Shown here: piece after piece, positions 29,701 through 35,913 of the stretch
How the letters are laid out: every line of letters begins with the position of its first letter
Position numbering within the stretch: the first letter of the stretch is position 1
Source of the DNA: a bacterium
Lineage (GTDB): Bacteria; Muiribacteriota; UBA6191
NCBI GenBank assembly: GCA_036339875.1
Contig: JAYZAC010000054.1
Coordinates: forward strand, 1 to 36,065
Direction of reading: 5' to 3'
DNA length: 36,065 nt
Position numbers and translations under genes: made by a program
Notes under the pieces: model-generated
Database searches by the model: none
What the model was told of the DNA's origin: nothing
What the model saw: only the letters and a program-made list of their open reading frames with translations

Positions 29701-32273
29701 GTATGTCTTCTGATTATACATACCAATTGTTCAGTGACCCAACCGGACCGAACCTAGTAAGCATTAATCCTCAAAATGGTCGAACTGGTGTTGCTAGGAA
29801 TTCGGTAGTTATTGCCAAATTTGACCAGCCAATTTTGGTAGAATCAGTTAATACAAGTAATTTATACATAGAAAGTACATCAGGTGTTCGCCTTGACGGC
29901 ACTTTTAGTAATACTGATGATAATTTATTTTTCACCTTTGATTTTTTTGATTTATTGAATGCCGGTGAGACTTATATTATTAACGTTAGTAATCGAATAA
30001 AGTCGATAACAGGGGTGCCTATAACTAGTGCTTCGACAAGTAGTTTTGAGGTTTCTACGAATAATGAGATTGATTTAGCTGGGCCAGTTGTCCTAGATAT
30101 ATTTCCAGCAAATTTGCAGAGTGGTGTATCCACAGCTGCAATGATTATTGTGACGTTTTCAGAGCCAATTAATCTTGCCGATGTTAATCTAGAAAATTTT
30201 AGTCTTAGGCAAATTGAAAGTGAGTCAACGTCTGTTATTGTCTCTTATCAGGTGCAAGCCAATGCCGAGCAGGATACAGTTATTTTGGATCCTTTAATGC
30301 CTTTAATACATTCAGCTAATTATGAGGTTATCGTTACCTCAGGTGTGCGAGATCTTAGTAATAATAATTCGATAAATTCTGTAGGGATTACTTTTACAGT
30401 GACTCCGCAATCTGATTTGATTGGACCAGGGATAGATAATATTACGCCAATTAATGGGGCTAATGATGTGCGAATTGATACCCAAATAACTATTTTATTT
30501 AATGAGCCAATTAATGCTATTGATGCCACTGATTCAAGTAAAATTCATATTAAAAATTTGAATGGTGATGAAGTTATGGCAAGTTATAATCAGGAGCAGA
30601 GTGGTAAACTTATACGAATTATTCCACAAGAAAGTTTATTAAGATTAACGCAATACATAGTGACTATTGGTCAAGATGTAAGAGATCTTTTTGGTAATCC
30701 AAGAACCCAGACCACCACATTTAGTTTCACTACAGAGGATTTTGTAGATTCGACTCCTCCAGAAATCACTCTTTTGACTGTTAATGGAATTCCTGCAGGT
30801 TTGAATGGAAATGGTGGATCATTATTAGATAACTCGGGAAATAGTGTAACTCCTGTTATTCATGTACCTACAAATGGTTTCACCATTGACTTACATTATT
30901 ACGACCCTGGTTCAGGAGGGGAATCTTCGGGAGTAGATCAGAATACGATTTCTATAGTTGATGAGAAGATTATCTTTGATTCTAATCAAAATCAGCCAAT
31001 TACCAATTTAAATCTGCTACAGCAGGGTGTTACGCCTATACATGGTGATGGTCATACTCGAATTATAGTACCGTCTAATTGGTCATTTGCCAGTGGTTTA
31101 CATACATTGAAGGCCCAAGTAAAAGATCGTTCCAATGCTGGAAATTTAAGCCCTGAGGTTAATTATTCTTTTCAGGTGACCCCAATTAGTTCAGAGCCAT
31201 TAAACTATCCTTTTGAAAATGGAAATACTATTTATTCGTTAGATTATGAAAGTGATTATTATCTTTATGATAGTAGTGTGCAGCTAGGTAATCTTCGCCT
31301 AAGAACTTTATTCGAAAGTGATGGATCAATAGATTTCAATCAAGAATTGATTTTACTTGGCTTAGTGAGTGACAATACCTTGTTTGAGGTAGGGAATCCA
31401 CGCCTAAACCCTGGAAATGAACCATTTCCCTCTACGATTGCGAATAATGTTATTGCTCTCCTCCAGAATTTGATTTTATATGAAGTCCGAAAGCTCTTTG
31501 ATTTGGATGAAATTAGTGGCGAGCCAAATAATCCAAATCTTGGAATAATGATAAGGTTTGAAAATCAGATTTCTCCGACGAATCAGTCTGTAAGCCGCAT
31601 TTCTATAGGCGGTGATAATGGCGCTGAAGTTAATGGTGGTTTGGGTGTTATTAAGTCTATGGAACGTAGTTTGTATAATACAGCGAATCGAGACCCATAC
31701 TTAAGTCTGGTTAGTAGAAGTGCGAATGTCGACGAAGGTTATGGAGTTTTCAGTGCTCAGATAATACGAAATTATGCCAATGATCCAAATGGTTTTAATG
31801 AATGGAACGCCCGTTTTGGTTCAGTAAGTTATTTTGCTTATACAAATACTGGTGGTCAATCGGGTCAGGCAATCGGTTTTTATCCGGAAGATGCTAACGT
31901 CTATAATATTGATCCATCTCAAGCTGAAAGTATCTCTAATGAATTTCATCGATTTAGATATTCCCAGATGCGATTAGCCTTGGAGAGTTATGCTAAGATT
32001 ATTGCGGTTTCGGTAGCTCGAGTTGCAGCAAAGGGAGTAGGTTTAGTACCTCAGGGTTTTCCGCCATCAGGTCTATATGGTGGTAGTCAGAATTTACCAG
32101 AATATTTTAACCCTAGTGGATCAAACGGAAACTTTTTGGATCTTGTTAATGAGAATAATCTGCTACGTCAGGAAATTGATTTGAACAGTATTTTTCAGAA
32201 CAATCCTGGACCACTTTCTTTGTCTAATTTTGCTAAAATATATCTACGGAATTCAATTCGAGTTACTCAGTAG
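20796..32273 (+). CDS. Giant (3825 aa) lipoprotein with ~22 IPT/TIG-like repeats and ~5 Big_5/SbsA-like Ig repeats; adhesin or surface scaffold
   Basis: TTG start, lipobox-like 'FILDG-CGGS'; ~110-aa periodic 'P.I..(x)..I.G.NL' ... 'PG.Y.l.l.N..G' from ~21850 to ~28990; 'GP.l..i.P.NG...V.....I...F.EPIN' repeats ~29000-30740. Confidence 0.88.
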   Translation: MNKYLLTVCLILMSFILDGCGGSTSDSGFPEQQPITPTTGVLEGRVQLPDLINDANLNSSIQKINVNSSVRRAVGQITNYSGFSVSAQYISSMGSPNVLIGSINLDGTYFIEGLPFGKEIEITISQGKVALKATVPPLQQSSPQLIKNVDVSSTAETLLYNQIKNNQPSATIDTIDQFQSFESEKTLLAELITNELKNENVDSNSKPLLERALVTENLVRAAEYVEGTSLSGNHLPYAIIDQVQQNQRGKVEISYRLFDAELDLANITLMYSTDGINFSTATIGSGGSGVLDLETLRNDGMQHNLFWESAADLGVGVQQNITLAIDAYPFNFSFTEEFRTRALTISFSVDNRGLPEITALSSTDHQLGTSSIISIQGNNLSVVSRAYLEYFDAENFIQPRSRQLSGSEFQIINDQQMDMFIPAHGLFPVDYRIVLQGDLETDNSISSQTIKVQEIFSPSFSNIQVGLSPTNIQNDSGQQISFQGFNLMGSFGDRAKIRLITNPSVEYVLSPISAVPVNNTGLVRWTGSVPTRIQTGAYNILIRNSCNPVTPCGNEVLVTENGSNSVNLTVIESAAVIENVQLDFGVAVNNTNSIVSIIGQRLSSVFQARISTDRQTLVNSFTSGFPLAISSTEYDLAELVFPLGGAPGTFYVAVMNQGGVTVSNSTFTIQEGVVPTNSISVQAETTAGMLITNNVTDNVTDFQLRITGTSLSSLATVRLVNQDIASVVVNLSPFQSTFTEALVIVPKHNPPGRYSLDLINSAGLTSTNCGSASCLEITENLPIVTTFQNLIKPQDLQDEQMIAGENAVLEITGENLSGAVSGKLCDTPFTCPYNFTSVSGEFFKAIANITSSTYMKPGTYFLEITNQSGSTQTTTDNRLEIFERQPVIDSVLPRTLTNKELIDQSNTITFNGRNLYGVNEVCLLPQEAESTSCSNVCTDGIDYRFIGSEVSGLGRNQATLNLVNNTQIIPGEYVWVVKNFAPVGTDNFSVCNPLIHSISITEPTLEFISFAASAMPNSTSVVGHTTSQIKVIGEFLYGVDKVEIKRRFDVFNLNSVFDLQIDTTTLNSVDLTVPASLIPGTYDLFMKNSGMSVPIQLAASVVVSEVLTPVISEIRLRGSNQENTNVIFFDIYGNQMAGAALTTKDIKLMDIRDNSNVIPVPANNISLSAEADQTLYITIGVPAGTPGGDYRVLLTNSAFLTTIETHSPVITIFEPTAEFQSVSVIGPFNQQFGFGENNRNTRLEFRGLNLGSSDQIRLIREPEFMGDSQDTVIISTNEIFRRFDSSELTITSTLETFLRPGFYDVEIRNNSGEFSNPLDPVSSPFFEQVQVLEGAPKLDFVGCLDFSGVEVSCSLTSAEFNIDSLKNFEFTGQNIFTLNRVDFFREGASTAEYTFNLPLFGKSLAGTGVITHTSRAVALDMPDVLKYIGFYDIELTNAVSTVRFRKKLHSIELFEALINSLSPNQVINNIDSNVLVSGDHLRGVTHAALWNTSLTSEVASFEFVPNEQDPKHFLTLKITDNIPPGDYKIRINNTKGFAQNPGTNDFTITEPAPFVEMITESFVTNAETQVVQVHGDGFLGLTNVVLKPSTTGQAGTSNSDMSISHSQIPVQYSVTSRSLMSVLIPPFQLPGFYELSLQNTNPVSYLHDQALEIRENSPTIKTLNPDSTFYAKSTTLTVQGSDFLGVRGTASSETYARLIHIDTGTTRDLDLVSEPSFDSLTLTVPENLLIGSYKLEIKNTQGLIDSLTTTAFEIEEGLVQLSSVTTQVLQYDADFSEDSNKISIFGKHLQGVTKIELVTTTLGQEYRFTVDHLLGTPTPYVSIENMPISTDLVYPGKYLIEITNDAGLAQPTTPVIDVQIPVSSITNFSPKTGSYNAPTEITITGTNLRRFEQLIFERNVPAGGNPDDSIDILEISTNGDPDIFSEISNTQIRVRLISQETDNIFDDLLNRFYKIKWKTYGDSQVNTVDLGGQPSDSRFELTGFVPQISNFEDQLGTTLQTTTDYVDPDSIGAVSTTAVFSGLPLDLVVKGEHFGDIRAVKLVNYANKSIEWTIACTTGTGATALNSGAIDQLSVTIPQEIFHFPASSGVNSCNNDASLLPLQPDLYMVVLEDGTKISSKVNQLALIYFSEGVPDNLIVVDGIPDPPRFNNANDTIEITGNNLSGTKTISLFLNGLLQTTYSSDEIEIVSDNKVQFSIEAGTLRGIRDPIQSKYSLELTNSREKVRFGTDDFIILEDEPLVTSIAPADGRNNTSHPIIINGMNLLGVGQTRGSTINKFKLIHEQSHFNPSITTISYDLTSSVTVQSLTSFVAVVPPKILPGNYFLSIENDDKETDSNPKFITNQLFESLDSLPVVTLVTPLVSDFDLLPTSMVFSGSGLIGVRTATLTLISSVATNVVTLSLLNSPELTGLTDDSVYFLLPQSPEFLIPGNYNIALSNSVGDFDLPNFELSIAEKSPQINSIDPISKSDFDNSSITTFTISGDNLFGLPDVSLSYKSTTLSIKISGVAQSRNALTGLTLASSLFPDTWTLSVTNSRGSTSKTIVVTEPVPEVKSFDPTQVPFNDRTKITITGDHFLGVLTSTGSIVLTDELETPLEDINLIDRYNISAWIPEGINLGKYEVLVSNKRGRNTTSAVLTVLGSGLSIDSINPNTGLVDGGEFVVLEGSGFVEGTKVAIDNIMAQDVKVTPNRIEAFVPSLGGTINPTAVSTSVNVQVFNPDGETLTKSNFYTYFNDQETDPKIIDVFPGVISGTSPTGIPLDTKIAFIFDQAVDPQTVLTTIPNTLDFNAVEVLSDSNLIGGTVTWSPDKTRFVYSSLNIPFLSNKLVEVGFANFITGENGRNLVTTDIVQTNSSFFGIGEDQYIEDWSFTAGNSLDTGNLSISSPIGTGGMAPSTWTTTVIFNKPINPLTLSAEDFILTEVANNHRIPVEVKLLSGGTHVDVNPTELLRANQNYKLIVKNTNLISLTDLGMSSDYTYQLFSDPTGPNLVSINPQNGRTGVARNSVVIAKFDQPILVESVNTSNLYIESTSGVRLDGTFSNTDDNLFFTFDFFDLLNAGETYIINVSNRIKSITGVPITSASTSSFEVSTNNEIDLAGPVVLDIFPANLQSGVSTAAMIIVTFSEPINLADVNLENFSLRQIESESTSVIVSYQVQANAEQDTVILDPLMPLIHSANYEVIVTSGVRDLSNNNSINSVGITFTVTPQSDLIGPGIDNITPINGANDVRIDTQITILFNEPINAIDATDSSKIHIKNLNGDEVMASYNQEQSGKLIRIIPQESLLRLTQYIVTIGQDVRDLFGNPRTQTTTFSFTTEDFVDSTPPEITLLTVNGIPAGLNGNGGSLLDNSGNSVTPVIHVPTNGFTIDLHYYDPGSGGESSGVDQNTISIVDEKIIFDSNQNQPITNLNLLQQGVTPIHGDGHTRIIVPSNWSFASGLHTLKAQVKDRSNAGNLSPEVNYSFQVTPISSEPLNYPFENGNTIYSLDYESDYYLYDSSVQLGNLRLRTLFESDGSIDFNQELILLGLVSDNTLFEVGNPRLNPGNEPFPSTIANNVIALLQNLILYEVRKLFDLDEISGEPNNPNLGIMIRFENQISPTNQSVSRISIGGDNGAEVNGGLGVIKSMERSLYNTANRDPYLSLVSRSANVDEGYGVFSAQIIRNYANDPNGFNEWNARFGSVSYFAYTNTGGQSGQAIGFYPEDANVYNIDPSQAESISNEFHRFRYSQMRLALESYAKIIAVSVARVAAKGVGLVPQGFPPSGLYGGSQNLPEYFNPSGSNGNFLDLVNENNLLRQEIDLNSIFQNNPGPLSLSNFAKIYLRNSIRVTQ

Positions 32274-32359
32274 AAAAATTTAAGTTAAATTACTCAGCCA
32301 ATGCTTCTACCGTAAAAGCGATTCAGATTATTTTCTAACAAGGAGAAATGAGGAAAAAA

Positions 32360-33136
32360 ATGAAAATTCTTTTAACCAACGATGATGGTTTTCAATCTCA
32401 ATCCTATCAAATGTTGGGGCTTGAACTTCAGAAGCACCATGATGTTATTATGATTTCACCTGAAAGAGATTGTAGTGGAATAAGTCATGCTTTTACCCTG
32501 CGAGATCCATTGTTTGTGAAGAAAGTACCTCAGCATCTTAATCCCTTGGATTTGAATAACTTTTATAGTTTTAGTGGAACACCCGTCGATTGCGTCAAAT
32601 TTAGCCTTTTGAATTGGATGAAAGAAGATGCACCTGATGTAGTTGTTTCTGGAATTAACCCTGGAGCTAACATGGGTTGTGATGTAATGTACTCAGGAAC
32701 TGTAGCAGCTGCCATGGAGGCTTCCGTTAATGGCACTCCTGGTATTGCTCTGTCTCATCATAGTTTAGAGCTAACATCTCAGAGAATTCAGGAAATAATT
32801 GATTGGTTCTTACCAAAACTGGAGCTTTTAGCGGAGTTTCTTAAGAATCGAAACAGAATCTTAAATATCAATTATCCTGACTGTTCACCTTCGGATTTAA
32901 AAGGTTCCAAGATCTGTACGGTAGGTAAACTCGGTTATACAGACCATTATCTAAAAAGAACTTCGCCTCACGGTAAAGAGTATTTTTGGTTATCCGGAAC
33001 AATGGAGATTGAAGGGGAGGAACAAAGCAGTGATAAGGTTCAGGTAGAGAATGGATATATCGCGATTTCTCCATTGAAGATTGATTTTTGTGATCGTGAT
33101 GCTTTCGACGAACTATCAGAAATCCAGTGGAATTAG
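32360..33136 (+). CDS. surE: 5'/3'-nucleotidase SurE
   Basis: 'MKILLTNDDG', 'SGISHAFTL', 'GTPVDCV', 'VVSGINPGANMG.DVMYSGTVAAAME'. Start ATG 32360 preferred (family N-terminus, SD spacing); 32348 is possible. Confidence 0.97.
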   Translation: MKILLTNDDGFQSQSYQMLGLELQKHHDVIMISPERDCSGISHAFTLRDPLFVKKVPQHLNPLDLNNFYSFSGTPVDCVKFSLLNWMKEDAPDVVVSGINPGANMGCDVMYSGTVAAAMEASVNGTPGIALSHHSLELTSQRIQEIIDWFLPKLELLAEFLKNRNRILNINYPDCSPSDLKGSKICTVGKLGYTDHYLKRTSPHGKEYFWLSGTMEIEGEEQSSDKVQVENGYIAISPLKIDFCDRDAFDELSEIQWN

Positions 33137-33162
33137 GAAACCTTTTCGGTTGAGACTACGTA
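33136..33162 (+). promoter_or_regulatory. ECF sigma (sigmaW-like) promoter
   Basis: GGAAAC (33136-33141) + CTTTT, N17 spacer, CGTA (33159-33162), then TATAGTA; same layout as the 17353 site, ~30 nt upstream of the ATG. Confidence 0.65.
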
Positions 33163-33193
33163 TATAGTAGTTGGAAGCTAAAAGGGGATTGGT

Positions 33194-34450
33194 ATGCACT
33201 CCAATAAAATTGAATCGTTATTGTGTTTAAAGAAAACATCTGTGCTCACAGTGTTTGTTTTTGCATTGAGTCTTTTTCAACCTGTTATTCAGCTGATGGC
33301 TATGGAATCTAACTTTTACGATGGCCCGGGTGGATATGCGCAGACAGATGTTCGTGAGGGCTGGATGGATCGTAATCTTGACCGATTTAGTCGGATACAG
33401 AATCGTGATATGGCTCGTGCAAACAAGGTTGTGGGCTTAGCTTTAGGTGGTGCCGTAGGTGGCGGCTTGGTTCTAGCGCTCGGTCTGGCTGCTAGTCCAA
33501 TTCTGGCTGCTACAACGGTAATAGGTTCTGTATTGGCAGGTGGATTCGTGGGAGATCAATTTGGTAAACAGACACGTAATGGGATATATCAAGCAACCTC
33601 CTCCGCAAATTTTATGTCGTGGGCTGGTGGGCTAGCTGGCGGTGCTCTGGGATTTATGATGTTTCCAGGTGCTTCGATAATTGGTGCAGCCTTGGGAGCA
33701 GGTTTAGGTGGTATGGCTGGAAATGCTATCTCCGATAACAAATATCGAATTGGTAGTCTACCCACAAGGTTACTAAATGGTGGCATGAGTCGTTTGGGCG
33801 GCGGCTTCATGGGCCCAACAGGTGTTTTACTCGAGGACCCTTTAATGCGCTCACGATTATTATCCTCGCAGACACGCATGGGAATGATGCCCGGCTGGTA
33901 TGGTCAAGATTCAATGTTTCGAGCCGGAGTTGACCCTAGGATGGCTAGACTAATGATGGAGGGTGTCCCGGATTGGCGAAATGACTATGTTTGGCATGAT
34001 AACAACGGTGATTTAGCATATCCAGGATGGGAGAAAGATCTATACAGGATAGATAATAGCTCCAGAGTCCATAGAACTTTGCCAGAGTGGACAACAGGTG
34101 TTGGTAGTTTTAATTCTGCGGTAGCGGACTCAGACAATTATTATGATAACAGTCCAGCTGGAGGTTCTTTGCAAAACCCCAATTGGGGAGATGGAACTTC
34201 AGTTAATAATAGCGTCAGGGTTCCTGGGACGCGAACTTACGATGCACCCCTGACTTCTGATGGTGAGACGTTTGAATCGAGTTACTCTGCGGGTTCGGAA
34301 GATAGTTTGATAGGTTTAACTGCTCGCTATCATGATGCAGTTACTGAATTGCGACAACTGACCGAACAGAATGCACCTGCGCTGCGTCGCAAGAAGGCTC
34401 ATCAAGAAGTCCAGAGATTAGAAGCACTTTTGCAGCACAGATTGCGTTAG
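33194..34450 (+). CDS. Secreted glycine-zipper protein
   Basis: Signal-like N-terminus; GxxxG-rich hydrophobic helices 'GLALGGAVGGGLVLALG', 'GSVLAGGFVG', 'GGLAGGALG', 'GAALGAGLGGMAG'; polar linker; C-terminal helical hairpin; SD AAGGGG. Confidence 0.75.
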   Translation: MHSNKIESLLCLKKTSVLTVFVFALSLFQPVIQLMAMESNFYDGPGGYAQTDVREGWMDRNLDRFSRIQNRDMARANKVVGLALGGAVGGGLVLALGLAASPILAATTVIGSVLAGGFVGDQFGKQTRNGIYQATSSANFMSWAGGLAGGALGFMMFPGASIIGAALGAGLGGMAGNAISDNKYRIGSLPTRLLNGGMSRLGGGFMGPTGVLLEDPLMRSRLLSSQTRMGMMPGWYGQDSMFRAGVDPRMARLMMEGVPDWRNDYVWHDNNGDLAYPGWEKDLYRIDNSSRVHRTLPEWTTGVGSFNSAVADSDNYYDNSPAGGSLQNPNWGDGTSVNNSVRVPGTRTYDAPLTSDGETFESSYSAGSEDSLIGLTARYHDAVTELRQLTEQNAPALRRKKAHQEVQRLEALLQHRLR

Positions 34451-34461
34451 ATGAATTGATA

Positions 34462-35886
34462 ATGATCGGCTTCAGCAAAATAAAGCTTAAATGTTTGTTC
34501 AGTGTAATTTATGTAAATTTACTGACTAGTTTTTGCTGGGCAAATCCTAATATCGCAAGTGAAGTTACCTTGAAACCTAAGGTTAGCCTGCAGTCAATTG
34601 GTCCCAGAATAAAAATGGGATTTAATAAGACTCAATCAATAATGGACACTAGGCCATTCAGCGAGGTAAAGCTAAAGACAGGTGAGCGTTTACTCTGGAA
34701 TCAGTCGGGCAATTCGGCATATCAAGTCAAGGGTCCTGGTAATGAGGTACTAGCAAGAACTAATAATTCGAATGCGGTCAACCAGACTAAGATAAAGATG
34801 CGCGGAACGATTGATGCTAATGCTTTAGCGCGATATCAAGGTAGGTTAGCGGAAGCTCAGGCACGAATTAATATAACCCAAGCCCGTATTGATGGTTTGC
34901 AGCTAAAACAGAGTGCCGGTATGGCTACAACAAGTGATCTGCGTACTCTTAAAAGTCTTAGATCAAATATGCCAAAATATCGGAAGGCTTACCGTGGACT
35001 AGAATCTAGAACCACTTTGTCGGGTTCTTCCTTGGGTAGAACCGTGAAAGCTGGTTTTAGTGGCGCTTTAACTGCAGCAGGAATTCATGCTGGTATTTCA
35101 CTACTCTCAGACACCATAGATCATGATGGTGACGTGAATATTTCACGAGCCCTCAGTTATATGGCTCAGCCAAACTTTTTGGGAGGTATTGCAGGCGGTA
35201 CCATTGGGGCCATGATGCTTTCATCTTTACCTGTTCCCGGTGTTGCTGGAGGTTTACTTAAGGCGCTCCCGATGTTTATGGGAGGAGCTATTGGCTTTGA
35301 AGTTGGATCGGGTAATGTTGAGAACGTTAATTGGGTAAGATTGATCGGTTCTACTACCGCTTCTGCGGCGGCTTTTGGTCTAATTGGAGGGCCAATTGGA
35401 ATAGCTGCTAGCATTTTAGCCGGAATGGTTGTAGACCAACTATTTGAGAGTCCCGAAGCGAATACACAGCCTATCGGTGACCCTTTTGTCCCAGATTGGG
35501 GTCAGATAGCAGCAAATCAGCAGCAAGGAGCCCAGATGATGAGTCTGCCTTCATACGTGCCAGGAGCATTACCACAGGGGCAAACGGGTCAAGTTAATCC
35601 AATGGAATTGTCTGATTCTAGAGAGAATTTTAATCAGGCAAGTCAATCATCTCTATCGCTGGAGGCAAGTAATATTCCCAAAGCTCCTCAATTGCAGGGC
35701 GATCCGATAAAAATTAATGCTGATTCTTCTGACGTGGTTCAACTTACTGAAGAAATGCGTTTACATTACGATCGTTACGTTAAAGCTATCAAAAATAAAG
35801 ATGCCAAATCGGCCATTTTGGAGTTTGAGCGTTATAAGACGATTAGTAATCAGATTCAAATGATGCGAAGTATTAACAGAAATTGA
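34462..35886 (+). CDS. Secreted glycine-zipper protein with basic coiled-coil region
   Basis: Signal peptide ending 'SFCWA' (ATG 34462; track TTG 34456); coiled coil 'LARYQGRLAEAQARINITQARIDGL'; Gly-rich helices 'GGIAGGTIG', 'MFMGGAIG', 'GLIGGPIGIAASILAG'; Q/P-rich linker; C-terminal helical hairpin. Confidence 0.75.
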   Translation: MIGFSKIKLKCLFSVIYVNLLTSFCWANPNIASEVTLKPKVSLQSIGPRIKMGFNKTQSIMDTRPFSEVKLKTGERLLWNQSGNSAYQVKGPGNEVLARTNNSNAVNQTKIKMRGTIDANALARYQGRLAEAQARINITQARIDGLQLKQSAGMATTSDLRTLKSLRSNMPKYRKAYRGLESRTTLSGSSLGRTVKAGFSGALTAAGIHAGISLLSDTIDHDGDVNISRALSYMAQPNFLGGIAGGTIGAMMLSSLPVPGVAGGLLKALPMFMGGAIGFEVGSGNVENVNWVRLIGSTTASAAAFGLIGGPIGIAASILAGMVVDQLFESPEANTQPIGDPFVPDWGQIAANQQQGAQMMSLPSYVPGALPQGQTGQVNPMELSDSRENFNQASQSSLSLEASNIPKAPQLQGDPIKINADSSDVVQLTEEMRLHYDRYVKAIKNKDAKSAILEFERYKTISNQIQMMRSINRN

Positions 35887-35889
35887 TGG

Positions 35890-35913
35890 TTACAGTGCTT
35901 TTTTAAGCTGTAA
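35890..35913. terminator. Weak stem-loop after the glycine-zipper pair (possible terminator)
   Basis: TTACA-(GT)-GCTT-TTTT-AAGC-TGTAA inverted repeat starting 4 nt after the stop codon; AT-rich with no clean T-tract. Confidence 0.35.

Noticed and set aside
7316..30529. Many 60-140 aa antisense or alternate-frame ORFs inside the large genes (e.g. 24701..25033, 28514..28930, 8706..9002)
   Set aside because: Fully nested in long, motif-supported CDSs with no recognisable motifs; expected shadow ORFs.
32868..35414. Antisense ORFs 32868..33074, 33589..33879, 35166..35414 (possible immunity genes?)
   Set aside because: They mirror surE or Gly-codon-rich sense sequence (Pro/Ala-rich as expected); no evidence of real genes.
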